Below are positions 52,144-63,668 of a DNA stretch of 64,000 bases, in pieces. The stretch spans positions 2,515,697-2,579,696 of the forward strand of contig MU004234.1 of assembly GCA_010405405.1 (NCBI GenBank), read 5' to 3'. The notes beneath the pieces were generated by a model that ran no database searches, had not been told where the DNA came from, and saw nothing but the letters and a program-made list of their open reading frames with translations. Made by a program: the position numbers and the translations under genes. The stretch is from Microthyrium microscopicum. Taxonomy: Eukaryota. Position 1 is the stretch's first letter, and each line of letters begins with the position of its first letter.

Positions 52144-54135
52144 ATGTGGGGTGAGAATATGGGTCGCCGAGAGGTGAAGGAGATTCACAAGTGGCATTAC
52201 ATTGTATGAACTTCTCGTCATACAACCAATTCCTACTAACGAGACACAGAATCTCAACGACTTTCGCTCTTCATCATGCGGCCCCATTCTCGCATACATG
52301 TGGGTGTGGATAATGGCCTTGACTTCCATTGCCGTCTACGCCCTGGACACTTTTACCGCAGTTAATCTTCTCGTCTTTGACAAATGGCCAAGTCAAATTC
52401 AGCCTGCCGTCAACTTTAATGTCCAGAAATGGATTTTTAGTGGTTGCATCATGTTTTCTTGGCTTTTGCTATTCTACGAGTGGATTCGCGCCATTCGTGT
52501 AATGAAGCAGGAGAGCATTACTGAAGATTATCTCGATGATTTGGCTGTCACTTGGCAGTCTATCAAGATTCCTGGAGGTTGGAGGCGCTTTTTGGTCTTT
52601 ACTGAACTCACCAAGAGTAAGAAAAAGGCTGCTTGGGTAGCCATTTTTGTCTATTTCCAAAGAAAAGGTTGGTCATCACCAATAGCCCCTTATCTCTGTG
52701 CTCACATTTGCTAGGTTTTCTTCGTATCGTAGCTGCCGAAGGCCCTCGTAACGTCTTGAACGCCATAACCATTTATGCAGTGGCTAGGGCCGACTTGAAA
52801 ATCGACGGTGTCGTTAAATCATCCAACTTCTTTGTACAACTCTGGAAGAATATTGTAGCTTTGGCAGGTCGCAATCGCTCTGAAGCTCTTGTGCTTCTGT
52901 CCATCAGCTTTACCTTCGTCATTTGGGTCATGTCTATGCTCCTTTTGCTGCTGGCGTTCCTTATGTGGGTCTTCTTCATTTGGCACTATGTCGATAAAGA
53001 GACTCTCACTGGATACTGCCGCCGAAAGGTAGAGACTCGTCTAGCACGAATTGTCAAGGCCAAAACCGACAAAGCCTGGGCTAGAGAAGCAGCTGAGAGG
53101 GAAAAGGAAGAGCTCAAGGCCAAGAAGAAGGCTGTGGATGGAAAGCCGACGCCTGGCGATATGAAGCGCACAGCAACACTTCCAGTCCTCGGTGGTTTCG
53201 ATGATTCTCCACCAAACAGCTATTCCTCGCGCAACGAGTCTGTTGCCACTCTCCCACGATATCAATCACAACCAGGCACTCCATTTGATGAAGATGCGCC
53301 ACCTATGCCTCGTCAATATTCCGCCAGCTCAGGCCTCCTCGGGAACGCCGGCGCAATGGGTCAATCTGAACCATACTCTCGTCCAGGTACTTCAAACTCC
53401 AACCATGGGTACTCTCGCCCAGGTACAGCACAATCGAATCGTGGCCCAACCCTTCCATCCTTGAACACCGCTCCATCCTATCCACAATCTTACCGTGGCA
53501 ACACACCCGTTTCTGCCGCCTCCGAACCCGGTCGCCGATACTCTCCTCCGTCGGCGCAAAACTCTGCTCCCTGGCGCACACCCGTTTCCACTGTTGACGA
53601 AGACTCCCAAGGCTACGAAATGCAATCATCTCTTGGTCTACCACCCGGGTTACGACCACAAGGTCCACGCCGAGACATGTCGGCTCCGGGAGCAGCGACC
53701 CGTGGACCAATGGGCCAGAATCCGCCAGCACGAAGCTTTACCAGTCCGCCAGAGCAAGGTGGTCCACCGCGCTTCGGCACTCCTGGTCCACCACAGCTGC
53801 CGCGGAGCATGACGCCTGGCGGTGGTCAAATGCCCCGCAGCATGACTCCTGGTAACGGGCAACTGCCGCGCAGCATGACTCCAGGTGGCGGTCAAATACC
53901 ACGCAGCATGACGCCAGGTGCACAGTCAAATTACTCACCCGATCGATCGCCGCCCCGTAATATACCGCGTAGTATGACGCCAGGAGCGCAGCCAATGCGG
54001 CCTAATTACACAGGTGGAGAGCCTCCGCGAAATATGACACCAGGCGCGCTGCCGAGGTCGAATACCGGAGACGGGTATGGAGGCGGTGGTCCACCCAGAC
54101 ATGGAGGACCGCCTGGGCCTGGGATGGCAATGTAG
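52144..54135 (+). CDS. KCH1: Kch1/Prm6-family membrane protein (fungal K+ uptake regulator)
   Basis: KWHYI|NLNDFRSSSC...VYALDTFTAVNLLVFDKW...RRFLVFTELTKSKK...AEGPR. Introns 52204-52249 and ~52668-52714. Long Pro-rich tail. Confidence 0.85.
53793..54045 (+). repeat. PRSMTPG coding repeats (four tandem 33-bp units plus two spaced copies)
   Basis: QLPRSMTPGGG QMPRSMTPGNG QLPRSMTPGGG QIPRSMTPGAQ ... IPRSMTPGAQ ... PPRNMTPGA. Confidence 0.9.
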
Positions 54136-54806
54136 TTGTTGTCGAGGTAATGAAGTAATGATTTTGAACTAGCGTTGCTGTTAAACTTATATTTCTGGGC
54201 TATTGTGGATTACCTTTTGGCGGTGTTTGGTCTTTTGAGATACCAAAGATACCTTGAATACAACTTTTCTTCGATTCAGTGGTGCTTTTCGGGATCACTT
54301 GCAATACGTGATGTACCTTGTCTTATGTGATGGACGCGCCGTGTGGGAGCAGATGGAACGAGAGGGATTTTGGCGTTTGGTAAGCTCTTTTCATGCTGCT
54401 ATGGATCTACTGGGGAGCTAATTTGACATCAGACGATTGCTGCAGATGAAGAGTCGTATTAGCACCAAATACTGATAGCAACCTGAAAGCAACGACCAAA
54501 GTTCTCGCAGGCCCTAGAGTAGCACCCACGTTTGCTCTTTCCCAGTCGATCTTGCCATCAGCATGTCGTGCCTACCGAAAGCAACTGCCCGACGGAAGGC
54601 ACCATGGACTTCCGAATGGGGAAGGAAGCATTCAAGGCAACTACATCGCTCTTTCCAGAAGCGAGTACTGTTTGCGTCCCATCTCCAACTTCGCATCTCA
54701 TAACATCCACACTCTCTTCTCTTCAGACATCAATACATTCGTTCAATCGTTACGCCCGTGCCAATATCAACAACGCTTGTTCAGTCATCGGCTCAGTCTA
54801 ACTGCT

Positions 54807-57641
54807 ATGTATTCTCGCGCGGTCAGTGCGGCGTACCAGAAGATAGCTGATGCAGAGTTTGCCCGGCAGTTTGCAGCTATTGCTGTGGACGCGTCGGATA
54901 CGAAGCCGCCGGCTCAAACGAACACCCATGGCAGAACAAATGGCGGTGGTCAGTCGGTGGCTACGGATTCTCCACCCGCGCAGCATCTACCCATCCTGCC
55001 AGAAGTCCCATCAGAGAATGGCTCCGATCGGGATACACAGTCGACCCTCGTAGCAGCCGATGAGTCTCCAACAACTGAGCGATCCCGCATAGCGCAAGAG
55101 AAGCTAGATGCAGCTTGTAGATTGACCCTTCGAGTGTCTCAACAGAGACCTCGCAGCTTTGCGGAATGGAAGGCTTCTAAACAGGCTTGTGAGGTGCATA
55201 GGACTGCTTATGAGGAGGCTAGAGAGGCTTTTCAGGAGTCTGCTGCAATCTCTGAGTCCAAGAACAATCTTCAAATGACAGCCGTTGTCCAGCCTGCACC
55301 CGTGGTGGAGCCAGTACCCGTGGTCATACCTGCTGTCGTTGTCAAATCGGATGCCGTGATCAAAGCATCAGATATGGTCAAGTCAGCAGCCGTGGCCAAA
55401 ACAGTCGCCATAGTCAAACCAGCAGTCATTGTCGAACCTGCGCCAGTGGTCAAATCGGCACCCCTTGTCACGCCAGCAGTTGTCATTCAACCTGCACCCG
55501 CTGTCAAGCCGGCACATGCGGTCAAGCCAGCTTTGAAGCATGCGCAGGGAATTCTCTTAAAAGCTGCAGCTGCAAATGCTTCGAAGAGCAGTAATAGTTC
55601 CTCTTCAGCTGGCTCTCCTAGATCAAGTCAATCAGCAAGCACTTCGCTGTGCGAAACTTCTCCGCGAGGTTCAGTGGCTGCCATCAAACCTTCTGTGGAC
55701 AAGGAAACTCAAGGATCGCAATACAGCAGCCTCACTGTTAAAAAGGGGCCAAAAGCTCCACACTCCTCATCTCAAGTATCAAAAGAGAATATCTCTACCG
55801 CTCACGGACTTGCTCCAACACCTCCCCAACCTCGTCCTGCACCTCAAGCAGCCTCAAACAAGTGGGGTTATACTTTCTCTGGCTCCAAAAAGAAAGTCGA
55901 GGACGACGTGGCCTCCTCGTCTTCCCTCGAGGAGATCGATCAGCAAACGTTCATTCGCGCGAATACAAACAACCCCAAAGCCTCGCGTTCCCAATCTTCT
56001 CTGGAAGAGATTGATCAGCAAACCTTTCTTCGTACGAATCTCAACACCTCCACTACGATTCGCCAAGCCGCTGTTATGGCTCTTAGAAATGCTCAGCAGC
56101 AGCGGTCAGAGGTGGCTCCCAGCCAACGACGTCGAACCAGCTTCGAAAGATATAGTCAGTTTTTCGATCCTGCTAATACCACCAATACCACTCAGGGAAA
56201 TGCAACTTTGGAGGAAATGAAAATGGTTCCCCTTTTCACATACAAACTCAAGAATCAGCTTCAACGAACCTGCCCTCAAGCTTTCGTGTCATATGGTCTC
56301 CTTGGGGAGGTCCAAGATGAGCGAGAAAGTAAAGAAACCAATTTGATGTTCTTGAACGTCAACACTCCGTTCTCAGTCTTCCTTTGCGGTTCTCAAGGTA
56401 GCGGCAAATCTCACACTCTATCATGCATCCTCGAAAATTGCGTTATGACAAGCCCGATGCTGGGTAGAAATCCAAGTCCGCTTGCTGGTCTAGTCTTCCA
56501 CTTTGATCGCATGGCTGGTGAATCCGTGGCTGAGCCTGCCTATTTAGGTAGTCACATTCAAACTCGAGTACTTGTCAGTCCAAGCAATCTGGGACGCATG
56601 AGTAATGCGTACACGAAGCTCAAGCTTGGTAGCCGCCTAACAGTTGAGCCACTGTATCTACTGCCACGGCATCTCAATACAGAACGTATCAAACGGCTTA
56701 TGGCGGTTGGCAAATCATCAGAGATGCCCTTGTACATGCATGTTATTGTTCGAATTCTGCGAGACATGGCCTTGGCTTGTGGTGGTCAAGCTGTCTTCAG
56801 TTGGGCGCAGTTTCGTGATGCGGTCAGAAGGGAGCGCCTTACAGCTGGCCAAAATGGACCTCTCAACCTTCGCATGGATCTGATTGAAAGCTTTATGAAA
56901 CGCGAGGGGAGAGTAACTGTACAGCCCGCACAGCCAGCTGGACAAGGCTGGAGAGGTGGTAAACGAGGAAGACGACCTCAGCCGCAAACGCAAAACATCA
57001 TCAACGAGACCGGAGAGGACTTGGTAGGTAAGGAGGGTGTCCTTACCATCGTCGACTTGACTGATCCGGTTATTGACCCGGACTCGGCATGCGCGCTGTT
57101 TGATATTGTACTATCTATATTCGTCGAACAGACAAAATGCGGCAAAGTTGTGGCATTGGATGAGGCGCATAACTACATGTCTGCAAAATCGGAGGCTGCG
57201 ACCGAATTCACCAATACGATCCTGAAGAATGTTCGGGAGCAGCGACACAAGGCAGTTCGTGTTATTGTCGCTACTCAGGAGCCATCAATCACGCCTGCTT
57301 TACTCGACCTTTGCAGCTGCACTATCGTCCATCGCTTCACTTCTCCAGCATGGATGGCTGCGATTCGCCAACATCTGGCCGGCGCCCACTATGCACAGCG
57401 AGCCGCAGCAGATAATGAGAACGCTTTGGGACAGCCAGTACCAGAGACGATCGGAGCAAATGACGCCCTGATGAAGGAAGTTGTCCGCCTGAGGGTAGGC
57501 GAGTCTTTGCTCTTCTGCCCAACTGCAGCGCTAGGAGTGACATCCAATGGAGGCGTGGAGAAACTCCATGAGGGCTATGTCAAACACAAGACTCGTGCGC
57601 GCCTCACAGCAGACGGCGGTAAGAGCAAGATGGCTAACTAG
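54807..57641 (+). CDS. HerA/FtsK-superfamily-like P-loop ATPase with long low-complexity N-terminus
   Basis: First ATG at 54807; intronless. Walker A GSQGSGKS, Walker B VVALDEAH, REQRH (Arg-finger position), VIVATQEP and L+VGE motifs. Confidence 0.85.
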   Translation: MYSRAVSAAYQKIADAEFARQFAAIAVDASDTKPPAQTNTHGRTNGGGQSVATDSPPAQHLPILPEVPSENGSDRDTQSTLVAADESPTTERSRIAQEKLDAACRLTLRVSQQRPRSFAEWKASKQACEVHRTAYEEAREAFQESAAISESKNNLQMTAVVQPAPVVEPVPVVIPAVVVKSDAVIKASDMVKSAAVAKTVAIVKPAVIVEPAPVVKSAPLVTPAVVIQPAPAVKPAHAVKPALKHAQGILLKAAAANASKSSNSSSSAGSPRSSQSASTSLCETSPRGSVAAIKPSVDKETQGSQYSSLTVKKGPKAPHSSSQVSKENISTAHGLAPTPPQPRPAPQAASNKWGYTFSGSKKKVEDDVASSSSLEEIDQQTFIRANTNNPKASRSQSSLEEIDQQTFLRTNLNTSTTIRQAAVMALRNAQQQRSEVAPSQRRRTSFERYSQFFDPANTTNTTQGNATLEEMKMVPLFTYKLKNQLQRTCPQAFVSYGLLGEVQDERESKETNLMFLNVNTPFSVFLCGSQGSGKSHTLSCILENCVMTSPMLGRNPSPLAGLVFHFDRMAGESVAEPAYLGSHIQTRVLVSPSNLGRMSNAYTKLKLGSRLTVEPLYLLPRHLNTERIKRLMAVGKSSEMPLYMHVIVRILRDMALACGGQAVFSWAQFRDAVRRERLTAGQNGPLNLRMDLIESFMKREGRVTVQPAQPAGQGWRGGKRGRRPQPQTQNIINETGEDLVGKEGVLTIVDLTDPVIDPDSACALFDIVLSIFVEQTKCGKVVALDEAHNYMSAKSEAATEFTNTILKNVREQRHKAVRVIVATQEPSITPALLDLCSCTIVHRFTSPAWMAAIRQHLAGAHYAQRAAADNENALGQPVPETIGANDALMKEVVRLRVGESLLFCPTAALGVTSNGGVEKLHEGYVKHKTRARLTADGGKSKMAN

Positions 57642-58185
57642 AAATGTACCTCAGCAGTACATTGTGTCAGACGTTGATCTAGGCAACTGTTCAATAGAGG
57701 TCGCAAACAGGTGTTTATGGGGTAGCAATGTTTTGGTATGGGGACGATTTGTGTATTGTCCTTTGATTGTAGTAGTAAAAACCCCTGAGCCTAATCGATA
57801 AATGAAAGCTTAATATAATGTTCCATGTAAGTCTCGCATAGTTCGCGAATCCGGGGGAGTTTGTTAAATTTACAACAGTAGCTGGCTTATATTGTAAACT
57901 CCAGTTCTATTAATCTTCCCCAGGTCTTCTATAGATTAAATCTATAGTTCTCTACCAATGGTATAAGCAATCACAGCGCTCGGCCAGTTAGTCCTCAGCA
58001 TTGTAGGGTTCGACTTCGCACTTCTCGCAAAGGCTCGCTCACACAGATTAAGAGACTTGTCGCTGCTGCTGAGGTACAGTGGTTAGTGTCTTAGTGTATG
58101 TAGTAAATGTTGACTAGTATATCAATCACGGTATTCTTTTGTGCTTGAAGTGTTTGTCTCTAGATCGCTTTCTTGACTTGAAAAT

Positions 58186-59388
58186 ATGAAGTCTGCTCAC
58201 ATTCCTTTATTGTTTGCCTCGCTGGCATCTGCTCATAGTGCGGTCAGCTCTGTTATCTTCGATGGCACTAGGTATGTACTTCAGTGAACTACCAGGTTGT
58301 GATAAACTTCTAACGAGTTGTAGATATCCAGCTCGAGATGCCCGTATGGATCGCGACTTCAACGCCAGGCGCATTGAATGGAACTTCAAGGACATGAATG
58401 GCTTTCCTTGGCTCGCTGTCAATGATGTGCAGGATCCTGCCATCACTTGCGGCTTGTCGCCTACGCCGCCAGAGTTGACTGCCGTCGCACGAGCTGGCAG
58501 TGAGGTTACAGTCCAGTGGAGTGGGATTATCCAGATGCATTACGGACCAGTCTTGACCGTATGTCTCTCATCTTGTCCGTTTAATATGCTTCGATACTAA
58601 CAGGTATCAGTATCTCGGCAAATGGGAACCAGGCATGACCCCCCAAGAAGTCAACTTCTTCAAAATCAAAGGCAACGGTTTCGACACCGCCCAAAGTAAG
58701 TCCCATAACCACCACCCACCCTTCTCCAGTCTCTAACGCCCAATCAACAGAGAAATGGGCAAACGAAGAACTCATCGACACCCACACAGCCGACACCATG
58801 AAAATCCCCTCCGACATCCCCCCCGGAACCTACATTCTCCGCACCGAACTCCTCGCCCTCCACGGCAACACCCTCTCCTCCACCCCCGTCGCCGGCGGCG
58901 GCCCCCAATTCTACACGCACTGCTTCAACGTCAACATCACCTCCAACGGCACCGCCACACCATCGCCCACCGTGCGTTTCCCCGGCGGTTACAAGCGCGA
59001 AGATCCTGGCGTCGCATACGCACCCATGCGCAACCGCAACACCTGGTCTGAATACATCGTGCCCGGGCCCGCCGTCTACAAGGGCGTGTATGGCACACCG
59101 GTGGGCGAGAGGAAGGTGGTGGAGTTGAAGGATACGGGTGCGTTTCCGCCGGAGGTGGAGAAGGAGTATGAGCAGTTTAAGAAGGATAATGATGCGTGGG
59201 CGGCGAAGACGCATACGTGGTTTAATAAGATTGATCCGCATGGGAATGGGGGGGCTGATGCGCCGAAGAGTGATGCGGAGCCGGCGGCGCAGTTTATTGC
59301 TGAGCATTTGAAGGAGGGGGAGGCGTTGAAGGTTAGGCAGAAGGAGTTGAAGGCTAAGATGGTGAAGTTGGGGATTGCGAATCCGTGA
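58186..59388 (+). CDS. AA9 (GH61) lytic polysaccharide monooxygenase
   Basis: Signal MKSAHIPLLFASLASA then His1 (HSAV). CG, HYGPVLTY, PGTYILRTELLALH, QFY..C and FPGGY motifs. Three introns. Confidence 0.92.
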
Positions 59389-59712
59389 TTTTGATAGTTT
59401 AGATAAGACGTGGGCTGAATATATTGAGAGTGTCTTTTGAGTATCGGTATTGATTGTTCAGTGATGTTGTTTGTTTGCTGGTTGCTCTGACAATGTCGCC
59501 TGATTAGTTCAGATATAATGTACCGAATATGCTGTTGAACTTTTCATTATATCTGGTATATATGCTGATGCGTTGAGTCGTTTCCCATTCGAAACCATTC
59601 CATTGAACGCCGAGTAAGCCATTTTGGTTCCTTTTCGCTTCATCCCATCAAACTCCATAAGACACAACTTACACGCTTATCCGACAATCCTTCAACGCCC
59701 CGAGTCCAGTCT

Positions 59713-61557
59713 CTATGCAGCCAACGTAACAACACGAGCTTCCAAGACACCCTCATCCCCAATCAATCCCTTGACAATGTCTTCACCCACGGGCTTGTCG
59801 ATACCGAGTATCATCAACGCCTCATCCCCCTGAGTACCCTCATGCTCTTTCTGTAGTGGCGCAACACTCATGAAGTTGATATTCACACCGTGTTTACCCA
59901 ACTGACTACCTACATACCCAATCTTACCTGCACGATCGATGTTGCGGCAGATGAGCAAGTTGCCCTGCGGTACAAAGTTCGTCCGGAAACGATCTACGCG
60001 GGAGATGTATGGTGTGTTGGCGCTAACATAGCCTTGGATAATCTGCTCTACAGGCTGCTCCTTTGACTCTTGCACGCGAGAATGTGAAGCAGATCGCGAA
60101 GTCCGCGCACGCAGCGTGATGAATGAGGCGAATCCTTCTTCGACATGTTCACGGCTGCGTTGCTCGTTAATGAGGAAGCCGCGCTCTTTGGCGACTAGCT
60201 CTGCGTTGACAACATTGACGTTGATGTCTGATACGGGCGCGACGAGGCCTTTGACGAGAGCGGCGAAGAGTGGCTTGGTGGTGCCGAGGGAGGCGATTGC
60301 TCCTTCATAGCTGAGATCGAAGGTGGTTCGGAATCCAGACTGTTGTTTCGCGCCGTAGTGCTGGCTGTAGAGCGATCCTATCCGCTCGACAAGGTTGACA
60401 AATGGCTGCAGAGTGCGATATTCTTCGGGAAGGATAATGGGTGCGTTGACTGCGGAGCGGGGGAGTTCACCGCCGAGGATGGCGATGACTTGCTCGCAGA
60501 CATCAATGGAGACGTTTTCTTGAGCTTCTTTAGTTGAGGCGCCGAGATGTGGTGTGGCAACAACGGCAGGGTGGGCGACGAGTTTAGACGCGACTGAGTC
60601 GGCGGCTGGAGGCTCGGAAGTGAAAACGTCAAGACCAGCACCGGCGAGTTTGCCAGCTTCAAGAGCTTCTAGGAGAGCAGGTTCGTCGATTACACCGCCG
60701 CGACCAACGTTGAGAATCTTGGCAGTTGGCTTCATTGCTTCGAGCTCTTTTGTGCCGATCATGCCCCGGGTTGCTGGCATGAGAGGAGTGTGTACAGTAA
60801 CGTAGTCGCCAAGTTTCAGGCAGTCGTGGAGCGAAGCGTAGACAGTGATGTTCTGAGCATCAGCGATAGCTTGATTGGCATATGGATCGTATGCGATGAC
60901 AGTCATGCCAAACCCTTTCGCGATTCTGGCGACCGTGAAGCCAACTAATCAATGTTAGAAGAAATCCAGAGAGTAGACAATTATCAAGGTACCTTTTCCG
61001 AGACCAATAATTGCCAATGTCTTGCCCTTCAGTTCTGTTCCCACAAACTTGCTTCTCTCCCACTTGCTAGCCTTCATACTCGCAGCAGCCTCAGTAGTGT
61101 ATCGAGCAGTGCTCATCATTACTATAGACTATTAGTTCAGGTATATTTAAACTTTCACTCCGACTTACGGGCAATAGTCTGCTCAGCAGCAGCATTGATG
61201 TTTCCGGCCGGCGAGTTCACAACGATGATTCCAAGCTTTGTAGCAGCGGGAACGTCCACATTGTCAACACCAACACCTGCTCGTGCAACAACCTTGAGCT
61301 TCTTTGCAGCTTTGAGCAAGGTTTCGGTGACTTTTGTTTCTGAGCGGACAATAAGGGCTTCATAATCGCCTATACATGGAATTAGCAGTTGTCAATTCTA
61401 TGAGAGTGACTGACATACCAATGATTTCTAGGAGTTTTTCAGGGGTCAAACCCTTCTTCTCATGAACATCAAGAGTCTTCTGAAGCAGTGCGAGTCCATC
61501 AGGTGAGACTTTTTCTGGAACAAGGACCTGTGGTCGTTCTGCGGCGGGGATGGCCAT
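59713..61557 (-). CDS. SER3: D-3-phosphoglycerate dehydrogenase (with C-terminal ACT domain)
   Basis: [56 protein letters not shown]. Three introns. Confidence 0.95.
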
Positions 61558-62217
61558 GATTGGTATGCCAATGTATGTTTGTGGATGCAAGATCTGTCGG
61601 GTTTCTGAGCTATAATCCGCACACAATTGGAGTGCAGAGGATGCTATAAGGAAATGGCAAGCTGGCAATGGAGATATGTGAAGTTGTCACCAAGGCGAAG
61701 GTGCGAGACAAAAAAAAGTGACAGGAGCTACAGCCTTGTTGAAGACGCGATGGCCGACATCGGTGTAGCAGTGTCATTCAAGGCCAACCCACCAGTAAAA
61801 CTCTCAATTGTCATGCAAATATTTCAGACTTGCATCATTTCACTTTGGTGGCACTATTTTACCCCAGCCGGAATTCACTGAGGAATCTAGCTGGTTCATG
61901 TACGTTACTGCAAGCTAATGTGAAGCCCCGCAATAACTTTGCTTGATCTGGAGGGTTTATGAGAAAATATTGGAGAGGCCTGACATCTGCATCTTCCAAT
62001 GTTGGGGTAAAAGGCTTGGAGTAAGATCCTGCCCGGTGGCCGCGTGGGATGATCATCTTGGAGCTTTGTTGGAACTTGATATCTTGTATTCATGTCCTTC
62101 TCACAGCCTCTGTAAAGCTATACAGTTGAGGCAGCTGAAGTTGTCGTTTTCTTATGTACATTCATCAAAATCATAGAGTACTGCATAGACTTATCGGATG
62201 TGCATAGACGGTTGTGT

Positions 62218-63494
62218 CTACCATCCAGCATGCTTCTTGATGCTTTCATTCTGAACGACTTCAATCCAGTAACCATCGGGATCTGTATATTGTTAGCTTG
62301 CGGCTGTCATTGCAAAACTACCACTGACCTAGAACGAAAGCTGAGAAACAGCAAGTTAGCATTCATACCTCATATCTGTTGGGATGACTTACCAATGTTC
62401 TTCATACGCCCATCTGTCAGCCGTTTCTTCCAATTGACCTATGAAAATGTCAGCTTGGCCTACCAATTTGTGGACACACATACGCCCTTCTGATCGAAAC
62501 GATCACAAGCAGCTTGCAAATTGTCGACGCTGACACATATGTGACCAAATCCTTGAGGCTCGTCATTGCCATTGTGATACTTGAAACCCTCATCCTTCTC
62601 CGTGCCGTAATTCCAGGTCAACTCTAGCAAACCTTCGTAGCCAGAAGTTTTGTCGGAGGGCTCCGAGTACCCAAGAAAGTACAGGTTGAAGCTTGCTTGT
62701 GGTGCTTCCATTTTTCGAAGTAGCTTCATTCCCAAGGTATCCTGGTAAAATGCGAGACTCTTTTCGGCATCTTTGACGCGAATCATGGTGTGGTTCTATT
62801 CAGTTGTTAGTCGTTCTAGTTGTACAAAAACTGCCTGAAGGATGAATACCATTCGATAGGTTTCGACATCAGTGGTCGTAATATCTTCGGTCTCTGCGGC
62901 GTTCTTTTGAGAAACGATTTCTACCCAATAGTCGTCGGGGTCTTTCAAAATTAGCAATAGATCGTAGATGGTTCCTCTTAGATTGCGTCTTACCAAGCGC
63001 AAAAGCGATATGTTTCATTCTTCCATCAGTAAGCTGCAGTGATGTCAGTGCAAATCAAGGGACCATTGCGGATGGACTTGGTCTACCTTCTTCTGAAACT
63101 TGTAACCAGCATCCTCAATCCTTTTACAAGCAGCTTGGATATTGTCGACTGAGATACAAACATGACCGAAACCTCTATGGGGCTCGGAGTTGCCATTGAC
63201 AGTCTTGTAGTTGGGATCATCTTCGGTTCCATAGTTGTGTGTAAGTTCAATGAGGCCTTCACGATCGGTCCAGTGATTTCCTGATGAAACTGCCTTTGAC
63301 GAATCGTATCCCAGAAAGTACAAATCGAACTTGGCATCGGCATTTTCTATCTTGTTCACCACCTTCAAGCCCAAGAACTCATAGAATGCCACACTGCGCT
63401 TTGGGTCTTTGACCCGTAGCATGGAGTGATTGAACTTGTATTTGCTGGTATCGGTAGTCATCTTGCGTACGAATTGCCAACGAATTCTCAGCAT
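62218..63494 (-). CDS. GLO1: Lactoylglutathione lyase (glyoxalase I, two-domain fungal type)
   Basis: Duplicated NH(S/T)MxRVKD...LYFLGY...ELT(H/W)NYGTE...GFGHxCxSVDN...DPDxYWxE. Multiple introns, including those flanking a 12-nt exon at 62329-62340. Alternative ATG at 63461. Confidence 0.96.
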
Positions 63495-63668
63495 GAAAAT
63501 AATTTGAGAGTGAAGACGAGATGACGAGTGAGATCGTGGAAATAACCGTCATAAGTCTTGTGGCCCGTGCGCGATATCCCAAAAGTGGAATTCTTCAACT
63601 TCGCATCACCATTTCTACGACCAAACACCTCACATTCGCTCTAATATCTAATCAGACATACCGGCAAC

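Noticed and set aside
51330..52154. ORFs upstream of KCH1
   Set aside because: Pyrimidine-rich promoter/5' UTR composition, mostly non-ATG starts.
54552..54806. N-terminal 85 aa of the 1029-aa ORF call
   Set aside because: It begins at TTG; the first in-frame ATG is 54807. The same applies to the extended starts at 30941, 46519 and 61668.
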